From Octopus vulgaris (lineage: Eukaryota), in the NCBI GenBank assembly GCA_951406725.2, contig OX597820.1, positions 65,286,001-65,350,000 on the forward strand: DNA of 64,000 nt, in the 5' to 3' direction. Under the pieces are notes generated by a model, which was given only the letters and a program-made list of their open reading frames with translations, was not told where the DNA came from and searched no databases. Positions 13,606 to 27,886 of the stretch are shown here, piece by piece. Made by a program: the position numbers and the translations under genes. Numbering within the stretch: position 1 is the stretch's first letter; each line of letters opens with the position of its first letter.

Positions 13606-13959
13606 GCAGGAGTGGCTGTGTGGTAAGTTGTTTGCTTACCAACCACATGGTTCCAGGTTCAGTCCTACTGCGTGGCACCTTCGGCGAGTGTCTTCTACTA
13701 AAGCCTCAGGCCGACCAAAGCCTTGTGAGTGGACTTGGTAGACGGAAACTGAAAGAAGCCCGTCGTATATATGTATATGTATATGTATGTGTGTGTGTGT
13801 GTGTGTGTGTATGTGTGTGTGTGTGTTTGTCTCCCCAATATCACTTGACAACTGATGCTGGTGTGTTTACGTCTCCGTAACTTTGCAGTTCGGCAAAAGA
13901 GGCTGATAGAATAAGTACTAGGCTTACAAGGACTGAAACAAGTAAAAGAGTAAAAGAGT
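13606..13959 (+). mobile_element. SINE family A with an internal 3' deletion
   Basis: Head GCAGGAGTGGCTGTGTGG. GGCTTACAAG is joined directly to GACTGAAACAAG(TAAAAGAG)n. Confidence 0.8.
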
Positions 13960-14364
13960 ATATTCTGTGCACCTTCTTCATTACTCTTTGAATAATACAG
14001 AATAATATCCCGCACATCTTTAAATCCTAACTTATGCTATGAAGAAAGTTCTGTATGGAGCTTCCTGTATTTATTCCATAGTTTATTTGGTGGATCAAGG
14101 GAGAAATACCGGTTATCATGGAGGTTTTGTCCTTCAAACTGAAAAGTGCGCCGCTACCTTCCTCTCATATTATTCCAACTAAAGCTGGCAAGATAGTTAG
14201 GCATACAGAAGCAGAAGCTCAACGATGTGAGACACGAATGTATTTCTAATTTGCTTGTAAGTAACAGTGAAATAGTCAGTAGCATCCTGTCTGCTCATGG
14301 ATAATAAAAGATAACGGGTATGGCGGTTTTAGAGACCTCTACTTCCGACTCTGTCAGACGAAAT

Positions 14365-14555
14365 ACCTATTTCTTTATTACCCACAAGGACAGACAAAGG
14401 TATTAAGTCGATTACATTGACCCCAGGGCGTAACTGGTACTTAATTTATCGACCCCGAAAGGATGAAAAGCAAAGTCGACCTCGGCGGAATTTGAACTCA
14501 GAACGTAACGGCAGACAAAATACCACCGCGAACGATTCTTCCAGCTCACTACCTT
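14365..14555 (-). mobile_element. SINE family B copy
   Basis: Reverse complement of GAGTTCAAATTCCGCCGAGGTCGACTTTGC.TTTCATCCTTTCGGGGTCGATAAATTAAGTACCAG. Confidence 0.75.
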
Positions 14556-14789
14556 TCTCAAGGATAACATAGTAGTTCTATCTCTAAATATTACATGTGC
14601 GGATTTATGTAAAATTGAAATGGGAAAAGATTAAACCTAGAAACATTTGCAATTTTAACTACCCAGATATTATCTCTAACATTTCTCTATACTTCTCGTG
14701 TTATCAGTCTATCTATCAACCTATATACGCGACTCTAAACTTATTCATCTATACACTCAAACACGAACACACACACACACGCACACACA

Positions 14790-14831
<42 letters not shown>

Positions 14832-15087
14832 TATATCTTTATGTCTAGTTTCTTAAAACTCATCTCGTGTGAAAATGTTTGCGTTGTTAAAAGACATCCT
14901 TGTAATTATAACTTGCACTTGATATCGCCATCTCTGTTTATATTTCTTCTTCTCCTTCCTCTTCTTCTTCTTCTTCTTCTGCTTCTTTCTTGATTTATGT
15001 ATGCATATATGTCATTTTATATGCTTATATTCTCTCACACGACATACAAACCGGTATACAGACACACACACACAAACTCGCATACGC

Positions 15088-15163
<76 letters not shown>

Positions 15164-15247
15164 TATATATCACATGTGTATATCACATATATATGTGAGT
15201 ATGTGTGTAAATATATGTGGTGTATGTATATATATATATATATATAT

Positions 15248-15312
<65 letters not shown>

Positions 15313-15367
15313 GAAGTAGAGAGGTACACACATATGTAGACATAGACATGTGGATATATGCTTTCGC

Positions 15368-15402
<35 letters not shown>

Positions 15403-15414
15403 GAGCGTGTGAGC

Positions 15415-15459
<45 letters not shown>

Positions 15460-15778
15460 TTCGTGTTTGATTGTAAATACAGAATAAAATGTACAATATG
15501 TGTGAAATCATCGTACGAAAATAAGAACGGGCACTACATTTTATGGCCATTGTGCTTTTAGCACATTGCAATTTGTAGCATTAAAAATAAGACCCTAACA
15601 CAAACTGAACACAAACGCATACTCCTACACGCTTACACTCACCAACACAATGATAGATACTGGATAGATGTCTGTACGTTCATACACATGCATAAAAGCC
15701 TACAGAAAATCTCACTCTTTATCCCACAAGAACTCTTTCTCTCTCCTCTCTCTTTCTGTCTCTATCTATCTATCTCTA

Positions 15779-15831
<53 letters not shown>

Positions 15832-16071
15832 CTCGCGCTCCCATATTTGGCAGTAGAATTGGGTCGACGCCGTTCGATGATTTAATTTGAGTTGTAAGAC
15901 CGACCAATTTACCTATTCCTGAAATAATGTAACTGGAAATTCCACAGACATGTGTAACTTTCACGTAACTCACGGCCACAATCAGCGAGACACGTTGTTT
16001 CACAATCTTGCTGTTGTTACATCTGCATACACACTCACACACCTACATATATACACATCCACAAACACATT

Positions 16072-16113
<42 letters not shown>

Positions 16114-16207
16114 GATACATATATACATCCACATATCTATGCATACATATAGTTATATATGTTTGTATGTATGTACATATATATATGTACATATGTATAT
16201 ATATATA

Positions 16208-16403
16208 GTTAATCCAAACATGAAAACACAAAGATAAAAAAACACAGCAACGCGAGGACGTGGAACAAGTGTAGTGCTATTGGACGCTCAAGAAAGGGAA
16301 GAATGAAGAAGAATATAACGTTTCGAGCGGACCTCTTCGTCAGAAACATAGGAAAGGAAAGATCCAAGGAAGGGAAGACGGGGGAAAAAGAATCGACAAC
16401 GAT
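16208..16403 (-). mobile_element. HHR mini-element, copy 2, abutting a LINE 3' end
   Basis: Starts GTTAATCCAAACATGAAAAC, as at 11255. HHR at 16313-16347 (-): CTGACGA-a-GAG gtccg CTC-GAAA-CG-TT. Confidence 0.7.
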
Positions 16404-18378
16404 CAGCTGCGGCCATGCTGATGCACCGCCGTTTTGTGTTACACTGTTATTACTAAGAGCCTACTCTAATATGTGGCACTTGGTGAAGAATGGAGTTTGA
16501 TATAGCTACTCTCATTTGCACCTCTTGCCGTGAGGTAGGTTCATCTGGGACTCTCGATAAGAAGAGGTCCAGCTTTGATTAAAAAAACCCTACATCTGCT
16601 TTGTGCAAGTTCCTCAGACTGTTTGGGAGAATATTAATTAGCTGTGGACCCTTGAAACCCAGGATGTTGCAGTAACTTGTCCTGAAAGGTGATGGCATTG
16701 TTAGGATCTTTGGCACTATGCAGTGTCGTCCCGTTCTGGCATTGGTGTAGCTTTCAATGCCAAGAGTTGGCACAATTCCTTCCAGGATCTTCCAGATATA
16801 TATTACTGCATACCTCTCCCGTCTTCTCTCCAGGGAGTAGAGTTTTAGGTGTTTCAACCTTTCCCAGTAACTGAGCTGTTGCGAAGAGACGGTCTTCTTT
16901 GTGAATCTTCTCTGGATTGCCCCAAGGTCCGCTGTTAATTTCACACTGGTAGGTGACCATAGCTGTGAGCAGTAATCCAGGCGGCTGTGGACGAATGTCC
17001 GCCAGAGGACCATCATGGTTTCCTTATCTCTGGTTCTGAATGTTTTTAGGATTCATCCAGCCATCCTGGTAATGTGCACTTGGAAAGCGGTATCATCACT
17101 CATGTCGATACCCAGGTCCCTCACTGACTTAGGCTCTGGGATTGAAATTCCTTATGGACCGGTGTACCCTGTAAGTTTAATATGCAGTTTTGGATGCTGG
17201 TAGCACAGGGCCTGGAATTTTTCAGCATTAAACTGCATATTATTACCCTCAACCCACCTGTAAATTGAGTCCAACCCCTGCTGCAGGTGTGCAACATCGC
17301 TGGGGCTCCGTATTTTCTGTGAGACTTTCGTATCATCTGCACAGCATGCCAGAGTGGCTATTCGGGCATTTGGGGGCATATCTGAAAGGGCCACTATAAA
17401 AAGCAGTGGTCCCAAGACAGTGCCCTGTGGAACACCGCTCACTATTTGTGTGTACATAGAGGTGGCTCCATTAGCCACTACTGCCTTTCTCCTATCTTTC
17501 AGGAAGTCATGTAACCATTCTCCAAGTTTTCCAGTTATGCCAAGGTCACGCAGTTTGTGGCATATCATACTATGACCCACCTTGTCAAAAGCTTTTGCAA
17601 AATCAAGGTATATTACGTCCACAATTGATTTGTTGAGTAACTGCCTCAACACGCAGTCATAATGTTGTAAGAGCTGGGTCAGGCAGCTCCTACCTGGTCG
17701 AAAATCATGCTGGGTATCACTCAGCAAGTTATTTACTTCAAGGAATGCGATTAGTTTCCCTCTGACTATCCGTTCCATGTCTTTGCTGATGTGTGAAGTC
17801 AGAGAGATAGGCCTATAGTTTTGGGCATCTGCTCTACTTCCCCCTTTCTGTATTGGGCATATTATTCCCTCCTTCAGCTTGCTTGGCAGTTTGCTATTTG
17901 TAAGAAGGCTGGAAGAGAATCTTGAGGGGTTTTGCCAGGGCATGCTTACACGCTTTGAGGAAGATTACTGGGAAACCATCAAGACCAGCAGTTAAGTTTG
18001 TGTCCACTTCATTTATAGCTAGTAGTATATCTTCTTCGCTAATGTCAATGTATTCCATTGTAACTGCCTCGCTGGTTATAAGTGAGGCGGCAAAGAAGCT
18101 CACTGGTTCGTTCACTTGTCTGTGTTCCAACGGGGTGGTAAAGACACTTTTGAACTGGTCATTCAGTATCTCACTGATCTTAGTTGGACTGTCTGTGAGG
18201 GAGCCATCCTTTTGGAGAAGGGGTCTTCTCTTGTAGTGTACTGAGGCTGTTTCTTTCGCGTTATGAAAGAAGGCCTTTGGGTTTGTCTAATGTTTTTATA
18301 ACTCAGGCTTCTTTGTCTGCTTTCCTCCTCACATAGGATTGTTGCAGCCTTTTTTCGATTTCCATCAGTGTTGTTTTT
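16404..18378 (-). mobile_element. 5'-truncated, frameshifted CR1-like LINE (RT)
   Basis: ORFs 17152-17943 and 16579-17016 contain NYRPISLTS, QHDFRPGRSC, YLDFAKAFDKV, SGVPQGTVLGPLLF, CADD, RLDYCSQLWSP and LYSLERRRER. Confidence 0.9.
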
Positions 18379-18380
18379 AG

Positions 18381-18430
<50 letters not shown>

Positions 18431-18659
18431 TAAAGTTTTGACAGACTGAAATTGCGTTATGGGGCTATTTTTTATCACATACCAACTAGCCCTACTATAA
18501 TGTGAAGTCGACAAAAATAAACAAATGCGTATGCATAAAATTAATGGCAACACAGTGTGTATATGTGTATGTGTGTGTGTGTGTACATATATATTTGTAT
18601 ATATATATATGTGTATGTTTGTGTGTATGTGTGTGTATATATATATATATAGTATATAG

Positions 18660-18862
18660 ATAATTTTTAAAAAAAGCGAGAAAAGGTCAAGAAAAAAATC
18701 AACAACGCGAGGAAGTGGTACATGCAAAATATTAATAATACGCTCAGAGAAGGAAAGAAAGAGTGGTTGTGTTACGTTTCGAGCAAGGCTGTTCTTCGAA
18801 AGAAAGGAAAGTCCCAAGGAAAAGAATGAAGAAACGAAAATAGTCCACGAGTAGTCACAATT
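18660..18862 (-). mobile_element. HHR mini-element, copy 3 (degenerate)
   Basis: CAACAACGCGAGGA..ACGCTCAG..TTACGTTTCGAGC..GTCACA is homologous to 11255-11461. The core has decayed to TCGAAGA. Confidence 0.6.
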
Positions 18863-19063
18863 TTGATTGCAGTTTATCTTTTAGCTGCGGATATCCTATT
18901 TTATTTATTGATTGATTCATTGATTCATTTTTTTTTTTTAAGGATTATACTTATGTTATCGTTCTCATTTGCCAAACCTGTAAGTTTCCGGAAGGTTTGT
19001 TTCTACCCAAATGCACACACAAACGCACACACACACACACACACACTCCCCCTCTCTCTCTCT

Positions 19064-19475
19064 CTCTTACTCTTTTACTTGTTTCAGTCACTTGACTGCG
19101 GCCATGCTGGAGCACCGCCTTTAGTCAAGCAAATCGACCTTAGGACTTATTCTTTGCAAGCCTAGTACTTATCCCATCGTCTCTTTTTGCCGAACCGCTA
19201 AGTTACGGGGACGTAAACACACTAGCACCGGTTTTCAAGTAATTGTGGGGAGGGGACAAACACAGACACAAATATATGCACACACATATATATATGTGTG
19301 TGCGCATATATGCGACGGGCTTCTTTCAGTTTCCGTCTCCCAAACCACTCACAATGCTTTGGTCGGCCCGAGGCTACAGTAGACGACACTTGCCCAAGGT
19401 GCCACGCAGTGGGACTGAACCCGGAACCATGTGGTTAGTAAGCAAGCTACTTACCACACAGCCACTCCTGCGCCT
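19064..19475 (-). mobile_element. SINE family A, full length
   Basis: Head, internal repeat and tail all present. Confidence 0.85.
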
Positions 19476-19789
19476 ATTTATATGAGTGTAAAAGAAAGTC
19501 CTGTCATCTTTCGAGAGGAGAAATATACAAATGCCTCTTTTATTTTTGTTGTATTTAATGGTGACGATATTTTCCCTCATTATTGATGACATAATCGCAT
19601 CTATGAGACAAATTGTTCATTCTTCAAGTATAAAACTCTTCTGGTTTCGAAGCAAAGAAACAGTCAACCTCTTTTATCAACCTCTTTGCTGTTAATAAAC
19701 TATTTTCCCACTAATGTCGAAATGATCTGATGCGATAATAGACGGAGCAAAGTGATGAGAGTAAATAGGACGAGATAGAACTAGTTTTT

Positions 19790-20370
19790 GTGCGAATTCT
19801 TTTCCTGAGTAACCTATTTAAGATGTGGTCTTGCATTATTATGGATGACTAACACCCATTTACGTCTGACCAACGATGATCACTTTTCTGTAAATTTATG
19901 GGCAATGCTTCTAATTGATGACAATACTTGGTCGCATAAACTGTTTCGTTTCGGTACTTTTTACAACCCACCAAACTCAGAGTCCAACGTTTAAATTGTT
20001 GTCCTGGTTTCGGGATGGATTTCTCTTTTGCATTGTGCACTGACGTCTGTCGCTTTCGTTGTACCACAGAGAATCCTGTTTTCATCACTTGGATAACCCC
20101 CGTCGGTTATCCACTTGGATAAACGCCGTCGAGTCTACCCTTCTGTGACGTGCAGAGTACAAATCTTTGTTCAAACTGAGAAGCAGTTTCATGATCCGGG
20201 AACAACTGATAAATTTTGACGCTTTCGTCGTTCATCAGGGTGTTTTATGCTCGAAATGTGATTTGAATTGAACTGTTTTCAAAAACTTCTATTGCAGCTT
20301 CCTTTGAATTTTTCTTCAACTATGGTGTTCATAAGCTCGATATTGAGAGAATACGGTCTTTAGATTGGTG
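19790..20370 (-). mobile_element. Highly decayed mariner transposase relic
   Basis: Peptides RP.SL..ELM..IVEE, DENRIL, YCHQLEAL and VLVIHNNARPH. Confidence 0.6.
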
Positions 20371-20754
20371 GAAATCTGTAACAGAAAAACACAAGCGAAA
20401 CTGGCCGAGCTTTTGGTAGCAGATCCAGACATTCAACGCTTCATTTCTATAGAAAGACCGAATATTTCTTGCCGTTTCCATACAGCATGCGGGGCCTGAT
20501 CTAAACTAAATTTAAAAAAAGAAAAAACTCATAGGAATTTTAACCTCTATGTTATAAGATAATCAATAGAGAAAAAAAAAACAATGTAAAAGTTATTGCT
20601 CATTTTATATATATATGTGTGTGTGTGTGTGTTTGTCTGTTTGTGTATACAAGGTATGGGGAATAAACACAAAAATGAAAATAACATTGACATCTCATTT
20701 TAACAGAAATATTTACAAACATTACATAAAATTATCTTGAAATACGAAAGAGTA

Positions 20755-21080
20755 AATTTATTCCATAAAATTGACATTGGCTTCAACCACGGCCTCGAGA
20801 CGACTTCGGAATCTTCTGCACTCCTTCTGGACGGTCTCCTTTTTGAAGTTGGAGAATGCTGCCATAATCCTTGCCCTCAGTTCATCTTTGGTGTTATAAG
20901 GAGTTTTGTTGGTCTCTAGCTCAACTGCATCCTACACATGATAATCAAATGGATTGCAGTTTGGGGAGTTTGTAGGTGGCCATATGTTAGGGGTGATGTG
21001 GTCGCAGAAATTGTCCGACAGCCATGACTGGTTTCTCTTGCTCGTGTGGCATGGTGCAGAGGCTTGTTGCCAGATACATG
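20755..21080 (-). mobile_element. Tc1/mariner (maT/DD37D-like) transposase C-terminal relic
   Basis: WQQASAPCHTSKRNQSWL..IWPPTNSPNCNPFDYHV..TNKTPYNTKDELRARI..CRRFRSRLEAVVEAN. Confidence 0.75.
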
Positions 21081-21087
21081 CATCCAT

Positions 21088-21125
<38 letters not shown>

Positions 21126-21164
21126 ATACATACATACACACGCACACATGCATACATACATACA

Positions 21165-21198
<34 letters not shown>

Positions 21199-22427
21199 CA
21201 TATGTTGCTGTTGAAATTCCAATGATGGAGCCTTGGATCTAGGTTAGAAACCGGCTCTTTCTTGATTGGCAAGAAATCTTGAAACAAAAATTATAATGAC
21301 ATACATACATACAAGCATACAGTTCACTACATTGAATACAAACAGTTTCAAATAAATTTTTGGTAAACTTCGTATAAACAGCATAAATGTTGGAAACGTA
21401 AATGAAATCACTCTTGTTGCTTTGCGTAAAGCCTTGGCGTAATTTGAAATGCAAATTACAAAAGAATGAACGAAGACAATTGAGGCCCCAAGATAAAAAG
21501 CGAAGAACTTAATTAAAGCTCAGATTTAATTTCTCTGAAGGCTGAAAATGTGTGTTGCTTCTATTTTTTTAGGTGCTCATCAAAGTGTGAATATCTATCT
21601 TGTATTCGCTGTAACATTAGTATCGTAAATGCTGAGAGAAGGCAGACGGGAACTGAACTGGCTGTTATTAGTCGAATCAAGTTAAGAATTTGAATGACTG
21701 AGTAGAAGTACCTTTGCTGCTTCGTTTATAAAGTTGTTATACTAGTTGTTATTGTTGTTTTGCAATATTTCACATTGTTGGCTTTCCGGTCATATACATT
21801 TTTATCGAAACTATTCAAACGTCACGTATCCGAGTCCTTGCGTAAATGAGGTACGACCGATGATCAACAGTCCATTGTTTCTCGTAGTTAAGGAAGATCA
21901 ACTTGCAGATTTTATTTAATTGTGAGTATATGTGTGTGTGAGAGAGAGAAAGAGAAACACAGACCGACAGACAGAGTGAGAGAAAGAGTGCATGCGCCCG
22001 TGTGTTTGTGTGTTTGTGTGTGTGATATCAAAAGTTGTTATGATAAAACGGCGAAAACATTATTGATAGATGCTTCACCATTTTGTAAATTACTATTTGG
22101 TTTCATGTGCCACCTTTAGGTTCTGCATTTCAAACACTTAATCTAATCCGGTGTATCCATGATTCTTCTCTTTCCCAAAGTCTGTTTTAAATGTGCGTGC
22201 CGCCATTGGTTAGCTCAAAGCTAAGTATATCTTCCTTTATCAGACACAGCAATATATTTCTATCAGTCGCTTACATAGAGTTGAGCAACTTTTTTCGATT
22301 TCACTACGTTGTCATGAATATTCACCTTAGACCATTTATTTCCAAATCGTAACTCTCCATCGCATTTGAATTTGTTTTAAATGTGACACTATAGGCACAA
22401 ATCCATACTGTGAAGCATTTTCCGACA

Positions 22428-23200
22428 GCCGTGGCTGTGTGGTAAGAAACTAGCTTCTCAGCAACATCGTTCCGGGTTCAGTCCCACTGCGTGGCACCTT
22501 GGGCAAGTGTCTTCTACTATACCCTCGAATCAATCAAATTCTTGTGAGTGGGTTCAGTAGACGGAAACTGAAAAAGGCCGTCTGTTGTATTTGCGATATT
22601 TGTATAATTACTATAATTGTTTTTGTCGTGTTGTATATAGCCGTAAGGCTACGTGTTGCTATATATTCATAGTTCTTCGTCTGTTGTAGTTATATAATGT
22701 CTTGTTTGTTTCTGTTTTCAGAATACATTCACTAGCTTTTCCTCAGTAGTTTAATAACAGCACTGGCTCCCCCGGGATTGAGTAGTCTCAATGATAATGG
22801 CGCGAAACCACGATGGTATTTGGCTCAGTGAGCGACGAGGAAAACTCAGCTGCAAATATTCCGTGTCGTTGTCTATACTCCCCGTCTGTTAAGTTTTCGT
22901 CTACTTTCCCGTTTGCTCTGCTTTCGACTAACTTTTTCTCTTTGCTATTTTCTGTCCGTTCAACCCTTGATATATATCTGTGTTTGTGTGTGTGTGAGTG
23001 GGGGGGGGGCTGTTCACCGTCATCACTTAACAACCAATGTTGGTATATTTACACACCACGTAACTTAGCCGTTCGATAAAAGAAACCGATAGAATGAATA
23101 CTAGGCTTACAAAGAATAAGTCCCATCGTCGATTTCTTCGATTAGGCGGTGCTCCAGCATAGCAGCAGTCAAATGGCTGAAGCAAAAGAATAAGAGAATA
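22428..23200 (+). mobile_element. SINE family A split by a ~390-bp insertion
   Basis: The 5' half is at ~22428-22582 and the 3' half at ~22972-23200. Unrelated sequence occupies the internal microsatellite position. Confidence 0.65.
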
Positions 23201-24016
23201 CATACTTATCTCCCTACCAACCTACCTACCTACCGACATCCATACGAACGTACATACATACGTCATACATACATACATTCATACATATATGCATAGAAAT
23301 CAACAGAATGACTCACACATTGCAAATACAATATCTAAATGGAACAGTAAAAATATGCAAGACTTTGCTGAAGTTCAAAGTGTGTCCTAGTTTCAGTTAG
23401 CTACATTCCAACGATGGAGCTTTGTATTTTTGTTACAAACCGGTTCCTTCCACAGGGAAATAATTTAAATAATTAAAAACAAGAGGACGTACAAATACAT
23501 ACATATATGCATATATGCATACATACCTTCAAACATACATACATACATATGTACGTGCGTATGTAGGCCTAAACGTTGGCTGATAAAGGAGATATGCATG
23601 TTCATATAGAATATACATAAAAAATGGGGCCTTTGAAACTATTGAAGAATGCATAACATTTTTTTAAAATTATGTTGATCATACATATAAAAATTAATTT
23701 TGTTTGTTTTTACAAGGAATCGAAACCGAGCAGCAGCGTTTCAAACAGTACCGCAACTTTTAGCTGAAGAACAGTAATACCTAATATGCACACATATTCA
23801 CACGCGTTTTAACAAAGCCTTCGTCCAAAGCATGTGCTCGTGTGTGTGTGTGCACGCGTGCGGGTGTATTTATGTATATATAAATAAATGTATGCATGAA
23901 TGTATGTATAAGCACACATACATATATATATATATGGATATATATATATGTATGCGTATGTATATGTATTAATATATGTGTGTGCTGATTATATATATAT
24001 ATATATACACACACAC

Positions 24017-24055
<39 letters not shown>

Positions 24056-24112
24056 TCAGCATACACACACATATTCATACATATGCATACACACACATTT
24101 ATATATATATCC

Positions 24113-24146
<34 letters not shown>

Positions 24147-24605
24147 GTATATAAGTATTTGTATGTGTGCATATACATACATACTTACATACGTATACGC
24201 ATACATACACCGTCGTCCTACACACGCAAGAAAATACACAAAGTTTGCGTTCGGGCAAATCCGTTTTCAAAATTATTAGTACCAAATGATCTTTGTCTTA
24301 GAAAAACAAACCCTGAACAGAGCCCGTTGAAATAATAAACGCCTGTTCGAATTTCTCTTTCAATACAAACATGCGTAGGCGGATATTGTACAAAAATCGC
24401 CATAATGATATCAAACATTCGATGATATCATTAACACCCTTTTGTCTATGAGGGTATCAATTTAAGAAAACTACACAGCGGGTGGTTGGGTTTGGTTAGT
24501 GTAAGTTCACAGCTGAAACATCAGTCTTTATGCTTCTAACCTGATTGTTCCAACGGCGCCAAACATCACTGTAGATGGGTAGATACATGCATAAATACAT
24601 AATAC

Positions 24606-24636
<31 letters not shown>

Positions 24637-24790
24637 TGTATGTGTGTATGTATATGTCTATGTATGTGCGTCTGTATTTATGTATACATGTATGCATGTA
24701 TTTATGTATATATGTATGTATGTATTTATGTATGCTTACATAAACTTTCATAGAGGCATACACTCCTTAACCATGTCTTTCACATCTGCC

Positions 24791-24837
<47 letters not shown>

Positions 24838-24940
24838 ACATATATATATATATATACATACATACATATATATACATGTCTTTCACATCTGCCCTCATAT
24901 ATATATATATATATAAGATGTTGCGGCTATATACATATAC

Positions 24941-25007
<67 letters not shown>

Positions 25008-25223
25008 CACATATACAAACACGTGTGTGTATATGTGTGTGTGTGTGTGCATATATAACTCCCAAGGTTAAGGAACACGTGGGCCAGAGTCTCTTGGTAA
25101 GAACAGGGGATGTGATAATTCGGTCTCAACAACTCTGTTAGAACAATATCTCTTTCATACATTTCAGTATGTATAGAGATAGATAGATAGATAGATAGAT
25201 ACATACATACATACATACATACA

Positions 25224-25254
<31 letters not shown>

Positions 25255-25256
<2 letters not shown>

Positions 25257-25600
25257 TCTTTTACTTGTTTCATTCATTTAACTACGGTCATGCTGGAGCA
25301 CCGCCTTTAGTCGAACAAATCGACCTCACGACTTATCCTTTCTAAACTTAGTACGGGGACGTAAACAAACCAACATGGTATCAAGTGATGATGGGGATGC
25401 AAACACACACAAACACATACATATATATACATACACGACGGGCTTCTTTTAGTTTCTGTCTACCAAATCCACCCACAAGGCTTTGATTGGCCCGAGGCTG
25501 TAGTAGAAAGCACTTGCCCAAGGTGCCACGCAGTGATACTGAACCCGGAACCATGTGGTTGTTAAGCAAGCTACTTACGATACGACCATTCCTTCACCTA
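25255..25600 (-). mobile_element. SINE family A, diverged
   Basis: Same tail and head motifs. Confidence 0.75.
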
Positions 25601-26725
25601 TATATGTGTGTGTGTGTGTATGCCTTGTGAATGTATCTGGTATTCGTAAACCGTAAGAAGCCCATTTAATGTGTGCCTGTGTGTGTGTGTGTGTGGATAT
25701 GTGTGGATATGTGTGCGTGTGATTGTGTTTGTTTTGTTCTTGTTACCGCTTCCCAAGTGGGGTTGATTTGTTCGAGTAATTCCTTCAACGTTGTGCTAAA
25801 ATGGCTGTTGTCCAATGATCGCAGCAAGTAAAAGATAAATGAGGCTCAGGTTTTAGCCTTTCACCTGAACGCGAGCAATTAAAGAACACCGGAATATAAT
25901 GCGCACCTGATGTTTTTTTAATTTCTCAATAGTTAATTGAAGACTTTAAGAACATCGTCAGACATGTCTGTAGATAACAACTACAGATTGTAAGAGTTGA
26001 TTCATTACGATTTTCAGACTAGCAAATAGATTTAAGATCTTGCCACCATTACAGATGCCAATCGCTCAATCCTCATCTACGCTGGCCTCCTCGTGACTGC
26101 AATTCTATCAAATAGACGAGCTGCAAGGAAACGTATTTGACAAAGGGCTACTACACCTACTCACTGCATAGAAATATCTCTTCAGATGCCACCTTCCAAA
26201 AGCAATAATGTTATTTATTATCATCTATAGCGTAAAGAAGGTACATTGACAGAGTTGTTAGAGCGATGGAAAAATGCTTTAATCAATTTCTTCTGATGCA
26301 TTACTTTCTAAATTCAAGTAACACTAAGTTCGACTATGCCTTCCATCCTTTCTGGATCGATAAACTGAGATACTGGGGTTTATGTAATCGACTTACTCTT
26401 TTAACCTTTTACTTCTTTTTAGTTATTTGACTGTGGCCATGCTGGAGTACCACCTTTAGTCGAGCAAATCGACCCCAGGACTTATTCTTTGTAAGCCTAG
26501 TACTTATTTTATTGGTCTCTTTTGCCGATATAAATTTCTTTTATATTCGTGCTTAGACGCACATATACATACACAGATGCATATATATACATACGCACTT
26601 ATACATACGTGCTCATACACGCACATCCACGTATATGGGTATATACACGCAACTAGATACATGAGCATACTCATACGTGTGGACGAATACATATATATAC
26701 ATATGTATAGGAACTCATATACATA

Positions 26726-27137
26726 GGCGCAGGAGTGGCTGTGTGGTAAATAGCTTGTTTACCAACCACATGGTTCCGGGTTCAGTCCCACTGCGTGGCA
26801 CCTTGGGCAAGTGTCTTCTACTATAGCCTCGGGCCGACCAAAGCCTTGTGAGTGGATTTAGTAGACGGAAACTGAAAGAAGCCCGTTGTATATATACATA
26901 TATATATGTGTGTGTGTGTGTGCGCGTGTATGTTTGTGTATCTCTGTTTGTCCCCCTAGAATTGCTTGACAACCGATGCTGGTGTGTTTATGTCCCCATT
27001 ACCTAGCGGTTCGGCAAAAGAGAACGATTGAATAAGTACTGGGCTTACAAAGAATAAGTCCCGGGGTTGCTCGATTAAAGGCGGTGCTCCAGCATGGCCG
27101 CAGTCAAATGACTGAAACAAGTAAAAGAGTAAAGAGT
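26726..27137 (+). mobile_element. SINE family A, full length, young
   Basis: GGCGCAGGAGTGGCTGTGTGG...GCAGTCAAATGACTGAAACAAGTAAAAGAG. Confidence 0.9.
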
Positions 27138-27415
27138 GAGTATAGATAAAATCAGCCAGTGATGTTGCATGTCGTTTAAAGATATTTCGAAAGCTGGCTA
27201 TGTGGTTGCGGTATCGATTTTTGAAAAAAATCGGCTGATGGCCCGATATGTACGTAGGGGCTTCCTCGAGTGTTTATAGAGCACTTGTATACAACGTTCT
27301 TAGTCATACATTGGTTATCCATAGGTCAATTGGATCTATCTCTGTATGAGCATAACGGTTTGATTCTGGTGACTTGTGTACATCGAACGCTGGAGGGATT
27401 GGTTGTGTTCGGTAT

Positions 27416-27886
27416 TTAGGTTGTCACTGTTATCGATTTATCATCACTAGGTGTTCTCAGTTCATTTTTTGAATTGTTGCTGGTGTTGTTTTTAGGATGT
27501 TTACCATGGATATTGTAAGAACTGCTCTGTTGATTGGTAGTATAATTCGAGTTAAAAACGTTGTCTACAGGTTGGTCATAAGCCTTATGATTAACGTCAA
27601 CATGGTTATTTTGAGTGCTGGCTAATCTTCGCCTCAGTTTACGGTTGTTAATCCTATGAATATGGTGCTCTAAGTTTGAAGAATATGCATAGGATAGTTT
27701 TATAGTGTAACGATTAAATATTTTGCTGTACACTCCATTTTTAGGGAAGCAACGATCAAGTGCGAGGAAAAATTGTGTCGCGGTATGAGATGAGATGCTG
27801 GAGTTCCAGATTAGGTTATACCAAAATACGTCATGGTTTTTTATATTTTCGTTTAGGTGTGTTTGTCTGGGTGCTTCGAGCGGCAA
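27416..27886 (-). mobile_element. Decayed PLE ORF fragment (post-RT linker) of a second PLE lineage
   Basis: VFWYN..WNSSISSH.ATQFFLALDRCFPKNGVYSKIFNRYTIKLSYAYSSNL resembles the PLE motif WFNPP.S..V.T..G..FL.LID.HFP....L.KIFNRNT.KVSYSC..N. Confidence 0.6.
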
